From Psammoneis japonica (taxonomy: Eukaryota): DNA of 64,000 nt. Below, one piece after another: positions 11,108 to 22,123 of this stretch. The DNA lies in NCBI GenBank assembly GCA_008632985.1, contig QPGO01000116.1, positions 186,001 through 250,000 on the forward strand, in the 5' to 3' direction. How positions within the stretch are numbered: the stretch's first letter is position 1; each line of letters opens with the position of its first letter. The notes under the pieces are model-generated. The model saw only the letters and a list, made by a program, of their open reading frames with translations. It had not been told where the DNA came from and ran no database searches. Made by a program: the position numbers and the translations under genes.

Positions 11108-12958
11108 ATGAAAATGGCGGCTCCCGATATGGATGAAGGGTCCACATCCACCCAACCTATTAAGTCTCCCAACAACAACGACGTACTGTGTGGACGAGGA
11201 GGAAATATTAACTCCCACCCCGGTAACGAGCGTTTTCGGAGCATGGTGGAGAAGCATAGAAGAGTCTATTTGAATGCTCGCTTCAAAGAGGAGAAGCGAC
11301 TTATCGCGACTACAATTGTGGATGAGATTAGAGCTCTTGATCCACCGGGGCGTTTCTTAAGCAAAGACCTAAACACGGGAACTTGGTGTGATATCGGGGA
11401 CTCCAAGGCAAGGGACAAAACTTCGCAAGCATTGAGGGAGAACGCACCGTCAATACGAGCCGGTATGAACGGGGAGAAGAGGCCAAAACCGAAACGGAAA
11501 AAGAAGACATCAAAGACTTTAGCTCCACCATCGTATATGCAGCAGCCACAGTGGAATGGAGCTTACCCTCCTGCTCCTGGCTACTATGTCCCACCGCAAG
11601 GGGTTCAGCCGCCACATGTTGTCAGTTCTCTTCCTTATGCTACTCATCCAGGGGTACCTCCGAATGCTCAGCCTCAGCTTGTCAATAGCGCTGCTCCACC
11701 ACAACAGCAACAGCAGCATCCCAACATGGTGTGGTCAGCCCCACCGCAGCAGCAAGTGGTTCCTGGAATGATGACTCAAGGTCCGGCGCAGACGAATACT
11801 GCTGCTGCCCCTTCTAGTTCACAAGCAATTCCAGATCAAGCAATTCCAGATCACGTCATGTCTAGTGATTCCGCTCAGCAAAACGGTTCCTTCGCACCGA
11901 CAGCGCCCTCGTCTCTACCACGGGAGCGGAGCCGCGGCAACGAAAAGAGCCAGCTTTCACTTACTCCTCTCAAGCCTACCAACAACCAGGAGGAAGAAAC
12001 TCAAGTTCAACTTATGGATATCGAGGGGGAGGGCAACACCGCTTCATCGTTACTAAACATGGTTGCCACTCACATTTTGGGTGCTTGGGATATGGACGCC
12101 GTATGCGGAGCCGACGAGGATATAATGAGGAAAGCAAAGCAAGAAAACAAGATGCGGTCGAGTGCTCCGTCCGCGGCTATGCCTCCTCCAAAGGAACGGA
12201 GAAACGACAGTACCGACGACTCTTCTCGAGCTTGGGCTGCTGTGGACACAAAGCATTCCTTTGCAAGTCTTGCGGATAATTCCATGATTACTCCAACCGC
12301 TAGTATGGATATGGACGGATGTCCGAAGGAGTGGCAGGGCGTCGCTACAGACATGGATGCCCAGAGCATTGGTTCGTTTTCTTCGGGGCTCATGTCTATG
12401 AATGATCATGTACTGAGCCAAGTGCCTTCGTGGGAAGGGAGCATCATGTCGGCAGCCTCAAAGCAACGAGATTCATTTTCTATTTCCGCTGTGCCATCAC
12501 GGCCTCATCCTCCATATGAGTCTGAAGCTAGCTTTGATACGAACACGATGACTCAAGATTATGCTGATACACGCATGGCTATCGCTCTCCAGCAACAAGA
12601 GAATGTTGCAGCTTTTGAGACTTTCAAGAAGCGTCTGAACACACAAGCCAAGGCTGGTGACAACCGGACTGCTCGCTCCAGTGCCCTGGATCATCTCAAG
12701 GCAGTTCGTGAGAAGGACCCACTCGACCAACGAATGCAGACTTCTTCCCTTGAGCACACATCCTCGTATGTTCCTCCTGTTGACCAAACTAGTCTCCCAC
12801 AAGAGCTTGCCGATCACCAATTGGCTATGGAATTGCAACGGTTTGAGCAGGCACGTGTGGGAACCGTGCAGCAGATGGAGAAGCTACTCAAGCAGGAGCA
12901 AAACAGTGGCAACGACTTTAGTTGCCAACGCACAGGTAGAAGTGTGTACAAATTTTGA
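11108..12958 (+). CDS. DUF6824-domain protein, intronless paralog of 49-1700, with low-complexity middle and C-terminal D..(L/M)A..LQ..E motifs
   Basis: 616-aa ORF with normal TA/CG content: NDVLCGRGGNINSHPGNERFR...YLNARFKEEKRLIA...PPGRFL...KARDKTSQALRE. Confidence 0.9.
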   Translation: MKMAAPDMDEGSTSTQPIKSPNNNDVLCGRGGNINSHPGNERFRSMVEKHRRVYLNARFKEEKRLIATTIVDEIRALDPPGRFLSKDLNTGTWCDIGDSKARDKTSQALRENAPSIRAGMNGEKRPKPKRKKKTSKTLAPPSYMQQPQWNGAYPPAPGYYVPPQGVQPPHVVSSLPYATHPGVPPNAQPQLVNSAAPPQQQQQHPNMVWSAPPQQQVVPGMMTQGPAQTNTAAAPSSSQAIPDQAIPDHVMSSDSAQQNGSFAPTAPSSLPRERSRGNEKSQLSLTPLKPTNNQEEETQVQLMDIEGEGNTASSLLNMVATHILGAWDMDAVCGADEDIMRKAKQENKMRSSAPSAAMPPPKERRNDSTDDSSRAWAAVDTKHSFASLADNSMITPTASMDMDGCPKEWQGVATDMDAQSIGSFSSGLMSMNDHVLSQVPSWEGSIMSAASKQRDSFSISAVPSRPHPPYESEASFDTNTMTQDYADTRMAIALQQQENVAAFETFKKRLNTQAKAGDNRTARSSALDHLKAVREKDPLDQRMQTSSLEHTSSYVPPVDQTSLPQELADHQLAMELQRFEQARVGTVQQMEKLLKQEQNSGNDFSCQRTGRSVYKF

Positions 12959-13023
12959 TTGGTCGTCCTCCGTCTTTTGTCCCACCTGGCGTATGAGAAT
13001 AGATTTTGATTATATCTGTAATG

Positions 13024-15977
13024 CTAGAACCAGTAGTTTACACTTATACTCGTGCTTAGACTTCGGACATAGTGCCACGCCTTTGCTGGAATGAACAGAC
13101 AATCGCCCGGCAGCATGAGCACTTCCACGTACTTGGCATTACGCGCCAATGGATGAGCTCCATCATAATCTTCCATCTCACAGTTCACAGCACTCATGTT
13201 TCCCTGTGCGTATTTTGAAGTTTTGTCGCCGTCTCGAATAATGTATAGATTCTTGCTTTCGTCTGCTTCGTAGATACGCACGTACTTTCCTCCAGCAATC
13301 TGAACAAACAAATTGTCATAACTGTCATAATGAAGCGGTGTCCTTGTCCCACCGGTTCCGATCCACATGTTGACATGCGTCGGTCCCAATTCACCGCAAA
13401 GTCTCGGACTCGATTCAACATCCTCTCGCAATTGAGGAATCTGCTGCAGGAGTGGGTGTTGAGCCAAGTAGGCAACGCCTGGAGAGTGCGAATACTCTAG
13501 TGTCCAAGGACTATGGCGACAACTCGGCGCAAGATACAAATCCACAAATTCTCGAAGAGTAGTAAGCTTTTCTTGCATTCCGTCCCCTCCCTTCATCATG
13601 GAGCCAACTTCAATGGGAACCAGACGGTGCCCATGCGTATGAACAAGAGATTGCATTCGCCTAGAAGACATTTCGGAAAATGAGACAAAGCTTGGTCCCG
13701 CAACGAAAATCAAAATTTTGCTGAAGCATGTCACTCACCTCCACTTTGAAACTGCGGGCCATTCGGAGGCGAACCCTCGAAATACGACTGGTTGTGACTT
13801 TGAAACGTACTCCTGGTTGAACTTTTCCTCTTCGATAGTCTGTTGCAGTTCTTGAATTGGTGAAGTGATTGGTCTCGATAGCGCCTTGTCTGTTAGCAAC
13901 GAGACAAGTGGGGCTTTTTGGTAGTCTGGTATTGTAAACAACATGGGCGGAATGTGTGGGTTGCAAGCCACATGGACAGCGTGATACTCGACGTAATCAA
14001 AGAATTCTCCGACTCGCTCACGTGGAAGGCCCAAAATTGTTGCCTTGTCTAGCATGTATTGAGCGCGTATGAAGCAACCAGCGTGGGCATATCCAATGGC
14101 CGCAATCACTGCACAGCATCCATGCGCCTCGCGGTAGGCAATATGCGGCCATCGTCCTGTGTCTTCTAGCAACTGAAATAGCTCCTTCTCCAACAACGAG
14201 CCCATAGTCTTACACGAGCTGAAACTTCTCGTTTGCACAGCGTCCACTGCAAGTTTCATGTTTCCCAGCAATTTCGAGTCGTCCTCTTGCCTGAGAAGTT
14301 CAGACACAGAGCCACCAATCTGTATCACAAAGCCTGATACCTGAGCAAGAGCTTTTAATGGTATGGTTCCATCAGTTGCAGCATTAGACATTGTGTCTAG
14401 TGTAGCAAGCCGTTCTTGGAGGGAGCTTTCTCCAGTAGCATTAGCGATAGGTTCGGAGCCATTATCTGATTCCGGTTCGTCGTCCGCATCATCGTCGTCA
14501 CCAAACAAGTCGTCTTCATCAAATTCATTAGGATTCACGTCATCTGCCCTAGTTACGAGAGTGGTGGCTTCTTCTTCTTCCACGCATCGATCACAGGTAC
14601 ACTCAAACCCATAGTTGGCGAGTGCAGCTTTTCTCTCTTCCAAAGGCGCGTCCGACTGAATGTAGCTAATACAGAGCTCTTCTCCAGGTTGAATGTCTTG
14701 GAGGGCAACCGCGTAAGCAGCCAATGGATAATTTCTGCCCCAACCATTGCCTTTGTACAACATGACAATGTTTGGATTGCACGAATGATTCATTTTGCAT
14801 GCCGTCGAGTACATGGCTGTCCCGTCCAGAGGCGTAAAGAGAGCGTCCAAGTCGTCTCCAGGCACTTCTGGCTCATCCGCTTTTTCTTCATCATCAGTAA
14901 TTTGTCTGGATTCGGCGTGGCTGCCTTCGTTCATATCGAGTCCGGCAAGAAATACTGCCAGTTCATCGTCACTGTAATCCCATTCCGCATTGTCTTGCTC
15001 TTTCTCCACTTTATTGTGCGCAGCATCCCCCGATCCTTTGTGGTTCTCTTCACCTTCGTCTCCAATCAACCCAACATTCTCCAGACATTTGATCAAGTCT
15101 GATTTGTTGCGGTGTCGAAACTCGGCATCAAACACGCTTCGACACAAGGCATGACGTCGCCGGATTCCAATTGCATTTTGCTCAAAGGATCCAATGATTT
15201 TGGCAAAAAGTCCATGGTACACAGATCCGGAAACTCGTTGAGTGCTTGTCGAGCGCTTTGTGTTGAGCAAGCGCAAGCTTTAGCAGCGAGGAGATTCCAG
15301 CATAATTGTTTCAGAGCCTGTTTTAATTCTGCCGCTTGTTCCAATCCCGTGGGAGATGCTAAAAGCGGAGCAGTAGCCACGTCCCACCATGGAACTAGAG
15401 TAAAATCAAGATACGGTGACAAGAGTGCATCTTTTGATTCGCCGGTTTGTTGTTCCAATTGTCGTATTCTTTGACTGAGAATGCTGCAAATCATGTCGGC
15501 CACCATTAAGAATATTTCATTGTTTTGAACCGCATGAATCTTGAATTGAATCAAAGGATGTAATTCGTCTTCATTTTCTGGCTCGGGTATCAGCCCAGTA
15601 CATAACAGTTCATGCCCACCACAATTCCAATGATCCTCTTCACATTCACTCGAGCAATAGACTTCTCCACAGCCTTGTCGACATGGAACGAGTTGATAGT
15701 CGTCGTCGGTTCGGTGCAAATCATTCTTTTTCCAATACTCATATGCGTCAGCTCGATCTACACGTCCACTGGCCAAGGCAATACAAAGATCGGGACCACC
15801 CACAAAGGCTCGGCAATGGCGACACGCCAGTGCACCGCCGTGAGCGTTTCCCACCGATTGCAGACACAGCAGTGGTCGTTCGCAAAAGACAAGCTCGTGT
15901 TTGGCGATAAATCTGGAAGCTCTCAAATGTCTTCCACGCTCATCACTGTCTTGACGAACATGAGCTGGGTATTTCAT
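13024..15977 (-). CDS. SMYD5-like SET/MYND lysine methyltransferase fused to a C-terminal JmjC (JMJD5/KDM8-like cupin) domain
   Basis: N-SET RGRHLRA, MYND Cys pattern (CRHC..CRQGCGEVYCSSECEEDH), SET motifs MNHSCNPN and GEELCISYI, post-SET FECTCDRC. JmjC motifs YLAQHPL, MWIGTGGTRTPLHYD and GDCLFIPAKAWHYVRSL. A GT-AG intron at 13738-13661 joins the parts in frame. There is an apparent frameshift at a T-run near 15208. Confidence 0.82.
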
Positions 15978-16127
15978 GAATGCCACAATCTACAGCAAGA
16001 TCGATCAGACAAAGACGTCTACCACGCCATTGGCTTCTCCAGAAAAGAAAAAACTTGGAAAAAATGGGAAAAAATAAGGCAATCGTGAGTGGCTCACACG
16101 AATGAGGAGAGTAATTCCAGATTCCTA

Positions 16128-16186
16128 TGACGTCACGTTGGCATCAAACATCTGGGCTTCACCTACGTAGATTTCTACGTAAATTT
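16128..16186. promoter_or_regulatory. Candidate cis-elements in a divergent promoter: TGACGTCA plus tandem CTACGTA(G/A)ATTT
   Basis: TGACGTCA at 16128-16135 and a 12-mer tandem at 16163-16186. The same 12-mer lies upstream of another gene at 21979-21990. Function is inferred only. Confidence 0.3.
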
Positions 16187-16400
16187 CAGTACTCTTCACA
16201 ACACGCACTTCACATCCGCCCATCCATCATCCATCAAAAGCAGCATCACACACATCATCATCACACCGGTGACAGGTGATTGATTGCCACCCATCAACAA
16301 CGACAGAAGAAGCGATTCACACCGCGAAAGGCAATCACTTCCACCCTTATTCAACAACCGTATTGACCACTCTGGTCACCGTCTTAATTCATATCACATC

Positions 16401-18231
16401 ATGACACGAATTAGCACTCTGGCTCTAGCGTTTTGTCTGGCGTTCTCGGCGTCAAATAATTGTTCTGCGTTCTCGTCCTTCCATGCGGGTCGACCGTTGG
16501 CCTTTGCAACGGGCAGCAAGAGCCATGCAAGTATTACTACTGTTCTTCAAATGTCTGCTGCCCCTTCCAAATTAGAGAAGAAACCGAATTCAGCCGTCGA
16601 GGTGACACTTACAGCTCCGGGTCCGTCTACAAAGGCTGCGTATGATAAAGCTTGCACAGAACTCAGCAAGGTGATTGAGATTCCGGGTTTTCGCAAGGGC
16701 GCCAAGGTACCTCCGCAAGTGTTGGAGAATGCCATGGCTGCCAAGGGAGGACGAAATGCTCTCAAGGTGGAAGCCATCAATGCTTTGTTGGGACAGCTGA
16801 TTGAACCTGCCATTAAGGACGAACACGGTCTGGAACCCATTGGACAACCCACTCTGGTCAAGTCGGCGGAAGAATTGGCCGAGACGTTTGTTGCTGGGGA
16901 GCCTCTTGAAATGGTTGTCAAGTGTGATGTGTGGCCGGATATTGAGTGGAAGACTATAGAGGGACAAGAGAAACCCTATTTTGGTCTCGAGGGAAAGTAC
17001 AAGCGGAAACCCTTCAATCAGGAACGCTTTGACTTGGCGCTCAAGGATTTGAGGGAGCGGTATGCGACTCTAGAGCCCATGGAAGAGGGAGGTGTCCTGG
17101 CCATGGGTGATTCGTGTGTTGTCAATATGGAGGGATACATGGCTGAAGCCGATGGTAAGACCAAGGGAGATCCGCTTCCGAACGCTGCTTCTGGTGATAA
17201 TGTCGAGGTTATTCTTGGAAAGGGACGATACATGGAGGGACTTGTGGAAGGACTTATCGGGAAAAAGGTGGGCGACACTACTACGATTTATGTCGGTTTT
17301 CCAGAGGTAAGTTCATGACTGTTAGAGGTGTCGCCTGTTTCTATTTTTGTGAAAAGTGCGATCTTTTGCTGATCGAAAGTTTCCACCCGTTTACGTTGTC
17401 ATAGAACCTAAGGGACAAGACACTTGCAGGGAAAAAGGCCGTCTTTGACGTTAGTATCCTAGAGTCCTCTCACCGATCCTTGCCGGAAGTGACGGATGAA
17501 TTTGCCGAACAGGTTCGTTCTGGGCTTACCGCCGAAACACTCCTAGCAGAGGTAAGTTGTTGTTGTTGCGTGTGTGTGAATTTGAAGCGTTTCTATGTCT
17601 GTGGTTTGGAATCCGCTAATTTCGTATTGCTGCACGCCGTGCGTAGTTGAGAAAGGCGGTCGATGAAGAAGATTCGAAAGAATTTGTTGGCGAACGCAAC
17701 AAGGCTCTAGCCTCATCTCTGGCAGAGAGGATGGACGTGGAGGTTCCCGACACGCTCATTACCAATCAAGCAAGGGAGAAGTTTGCCATGATGATGACGG
17801 AAATGCGTGACGGTGGCACTAGTGATGACGAAATCAAGAAACAAATCACTCCCGAGAATTTCCTCAAGTACAAGGATATTGTTAAGGATGACATTGAGCG
17901 GGATTTCCGCGTTTCAATGGCGACCGATGAGATTGCTCGGTTGGAAGGCATCGAAGTTCCCGATTATCAGGTGGAAGAGCAAATGGAATCGATAAGGAAG
18001 GACGCGGGTGATTCTGAGGATTTTGACGAAAATGTGATTCGAGGTAAGGTGGAAAACACGATTCTTCGCCAGTTAGTAATGGACATGCTCGCGGAACACG
18101 CCAATCTTGAGGTCGAGTACGCTGAAGAAGAGCAGTTTGACGAAGCGCTCATGGCCAAGCTCGCCGAGGAATCTCTTGCACGCGAAAAGGAACTGGCAGT
18201 AAAAGAAGCCACAGAGCAAGCAGCAGACTAA
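16401..18231 (+). CDS. tig: Plastid-targeted trigger factor (3 exons: 16401-17306, 17405-17551, 17647-18231)
   Basis: Signal peptide with CSA-F(SS) plastid motif, ribosome-binding signature IPGFRKG, FKBP-like domain (GRYMEGLVEGLIG), C-terminal domain, and two in-frame GT-AG introns. Confidence 0.93.
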
Positions 18232-18429
18232 TGCAATTGTTGAGCAGTAGGCACGTTGGCACTGCACCGAAATTGGATTTAAAGGAAACGTACCACACTT
18301 GAACTTTTTGCGTAGTGCTTCTTTGAAATACGCGTTTCGATTTTGTTCGCCGTCCCGTAGTGAGCGTGCGGTGACAACGTGACGCGACACCCGAATTGCT
18401 TGAAAGCTAATGTCATCAGTTCGTAGCCG

Positions 18430-21385
18430 ACTCATGAATGTGCCAACCTTGCACAAGCTTGCTCTGGGTTGACCTTGGCTTTGCATTCTTGGAAATTGTC
18501 CAAGTAATTCAGTGGGAGCAATGCCATGATCTCTGCTGGTCAATTCACCTGCTACAGAACACCCACATGCGTGCCACAATTGAAAAACAGTCTCTGCTGA
18601 GCAACCAAAGTCAGGACTTACTGTGATGAGCTTTTTGCCAGCTGTGGGTCCAGGAGCAAGTCTCATTTCAATTTGATGGCCCAGCTCAGTTAACACCCCC
18701 CATCATCCAGTGTGCCCATGCACACATTGCTCATCATTTGCAAATGAAGGATTCCGGGGCTGGTGTGGTTTCCTGTGAGCATGACTGAACAATTTTCTAG
18801 CATGCACAGCGCAGCCCACTTGTTGCCTCTTGCACTTGCCCAGAAATGGGCAGCACACCAACAGAGATTGTTTGACATGGATTGTGGGTTGCAGACTGTC
18901 AGGTTGCCAAACCCAGGGTTGACAGCAACATGAACAATCCCACCAAAATCATCAGCAACACTTCAGAAAAGTGTTGGTGTTCATGATTGCTTTGTGGCCT
19001 GCAGGGCTGCACCTGGAACTCAGGGACCAGGTGCACGGGAGAGTGTCTTTTTGTTGTTGTCAAAGGGCAAAGGACAAACCAACAACAACTCTGGTTTTCC
19101 TTGCCCATGACATTTGGGCTGCTCTTTGCACATTTTCATGCCTTCTTGTTTGACTGCCTGTTTTGCCTGCTGCAAGAAGTGCTGGGGCATCTCTCATGCT
19201 TTTGCGCTGGCGCACCGCAGTGTGCTGTTTTCTGGCCACAGCTGTGTGCTCTGGCTGGTTTGCAAGTGGCTTCCCAAAATGCTTCAACAGGGTGTGCATC
19301 CATCAGGGCACATTGTCATGGAAAAATGCTGTTGCACATGACAAAAGATGAGAGGTGGGCATTTTTGACCAAATCAATGCACACTCTTGTTTTCTGAGGC
19401 ATGTCATGTCATTCATCCAGCTCACCTTTTGAAACTTCTCTGCATCAAGGGTTGCACTCATGATCACCAACTTGAGAACTGACTCTTGCAGCTGCCTTTC
19501 TTCAACTTTGGCAGGACTTCTGACAAAATTCTTGCAAGCACGTCAGTGGCAAGAGTCAGCTCATGAGCTTTGTCCAGAACAGCCACACATGGCGCTGCGT
19601 CAAGAGAGGGTCAGATGTGGTTTCCTGCAGCTGTGCACAGTCTGTCTCAAACTTGAACACTGTTGTGCGTAGATTGCTTTGTGACATCATCAAAACAAGT
19701 GCCCAACATGCTGTCCCAACTCAGCATCCATGTCATCAACTGCGTGAGGTGATCATCAAAAAATGATGCCCTTGCATGTCATGTTTGCTGTGCAAACACT
19801 CCATTTCCCATCCAGTCTTGTTTTGGTCTGATGTGTCCATCTTTCTCAAATTCACCATCCACAAGGCTCAGCAACAGTGCTTTGTTGTGGGGAATCTCTT
19901 GTTCTTTGTTCCTTGAGCTCTTCTCCATCACCACCTCTTGCTCTCTTCCATTCTGTCTTTGTCCAGCTTTCTTTCCCAGTGTTCTCAAAATTTGACAGCT
20001 GGTGAAGGCGCAGTTGCAAATGGCGCACTGATGAAGCAAGTTCTTTCCTCAAGTCACTTCCAGATCTGTCAAACAAAGAAAATGCAAATGTTGCCACAAA
20101 GCTTGAGCTTGACTCCAGCATGCCAGTGACATCTGCTGCACATGGCTGGCAAATCACTGGGGCCCTTTGCAGCAAAACATGTTGAGATTGCTGCTTGTTG
20201 GCAACAATCAAAATTGGTGCTTTGTCACACACCCCACACCCCATGTGTGCTGACAGGCAGACTTTGTTCAGCTGGCAGCTGGCAGGAGGTGGTGTTCCCT
20301 GAGATGTGTGGCTGCTTTGGTGTGCAACCACTCTCCAGGAGCGTTCCAAGCCATGCACTGGAGTGCTCAGAATCTTGGCAGTTTGGGTGTCGCCACTTGC
20401 AACAAGAATTGCAATGTGGCAGGCAGTCCATCTGTGCGAAGGTTTCTGCGCACATTTTCAGTTTTGTCATCCATCCCTGCCACCTCCAGCTCAAACTCAA
20501 CCAACCCAATTCCAATTGGATTGGGCCAGAGGTGGTTGGGATGGACAAAAGCACAAAACATGTGCGGAGAAATCACTGCATGGACAGACCGCACCACTGC
20601 GACTCTCATTGCAAGTGGCAACACCCAGGTTGACCTCTTGTGTTGCAGCCTTTGCATCACCAACAGCCCAGTTTTTTCATTGCTGAAGAGAGAGGGAGAG
20701 TGAGAGAGAGAGTGAAAAAGACAGAGAGACTGCATTGAGTTGAGAGTCAAACCAGTTGACTCAGCTGCTGGTCTGTTGACCCTTCAGCCACAAACACCTT
20801 GGATCTTTCTGACACAACAGCCTCAACCACATCAACAACAACAGCAGGCTGCTGATGAAGCCACCATGAAAGTCACACTCCTGACTTTGGCCAACATCAC
20901 TGTGTCTGCTGTTGTGGTTGAGCGAGCGCAGCTGGATGAATGTCTGAAGCACGCGGCCGTGCTTTGCCTTGGCCACACTCTGCTTTTTTTGTTCTTTGTT
21001 GTCATTGTCTTCACTTGGCAGATTGCTGCCATGACAGATCAATCATGTGAGAGAAAAAGAGAGAAAGAAGAGAAAGAGGAAGAAAGGGAACAAAAGCCTC
21101 CCTCAGGAGCTTTGCAGCGATGCTTTGGGGCGCCCCACCTCTCCTTGTTCAAAAAGCTTTTTTTGTGTGTGGTTTGTGAGTTTTCTCTTGTGGCTGGGCA
21201 CCGCCTCACATGCTTTGTGCTCTTGAACCCCCCTTTTCCCTCGCCAGTGGCTCTGCTCATTGTGCAGTGCGCTAGAATCTCTCTAATGCTGAGTGGTTTC
21301 CTTTCGTCGCTTTTGTCGGATGGGATGAATCTCTCCACTGTGAAAGCTGAGGGAGTCATCGCAGACACTTCGAGTTCTGGGACAA
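18430..21385. mobile_element. Block B: TpA/CpG-depleted degenerate region containing a DEAH-helicase gene fragment
   Basis: Compositional switch at both ends and no intact ORF. Confidence 0.55.
19425..19800 (-). pseudogene. Degraded fragment of a DHX15/Prp43-like DEAH-box RNA helicase
   Basis: Across frameshifts the minus strand reads DDMDAELGQHVGH, TTVFKFETD..LQETTSDPLL, AVLDKAHELTLATDVL and LKLVIMSATLDAEKFQK, then a GTGAG donor. This matches the region after motif Ia, motif II (DEAHERT) and motif III (MSAT). Confidence 0.8.
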
Positions 21386-22123
21386 GATATTTGACAAAAC
21401 GAAGTCTGTCATCACTGTGTCCTACGCAACTTCAAAACTGACTCCTTCGGTACGATATTTGTCCATCATTTAAGCCCCGACAACCAAAACTGTCATTACT
21501 CAAAGTCATTTGTCGAAATGACTGCATAATTAGAGGCTTAATCGTAATTTTTCGATCAGTCACGATTTAGTTATTTATTTAAAGCAGTCATTTAGATTTC
21601 AGCGCGATTAGCAAAAAAAACCGGGATCGGCGATACCGAAACTATTCAAGTCAATATAAAAATTATGATGATCTGTCATTTTTGTCGATCGTAGAATTTG
21701 TACCATAGATATGATGGATAAGACAATAATGCACTTATAGATCTTTATAAATACGACATGAATTGTATCGAAAGACATGTCAGAGTGTGTCGACGTGTTT
21801 TCAAATCAAAAATTATTGGTTATTCACCAATGAGGAGCGTCTATTTCGATATGATATCATTTAGACTCGAATATAATCAATTGAGAAATTTTTGGTGAGG
21901 GCAATGTCAACCACCAAATTTATGAATTTTATGTCGGGTGAGGTCGCCCCGTAGACTTTGGTACAAAAAATGCCACGACTACGTAAATTTTCAAAAAGTG
22001 GTTTCTCGCGGGCATGTATGTGGGTGAGGTACCGTAGGGCCCTAGAGGTTCAAGTGCGTCCCTCCGCTCCTTCCCTGACCCTTTTGACAACAAACCAACT
22101 TCATACCGGTAGAACTACTCACC

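Noticed and set aside
21450..21950. AT-rich intergenic stretch as a centromere or origin
   Set aside because: It is short and similar to other AT-rich flanks (about 10550-10670 and 47700-47850), and sequence alone cannot support the call.
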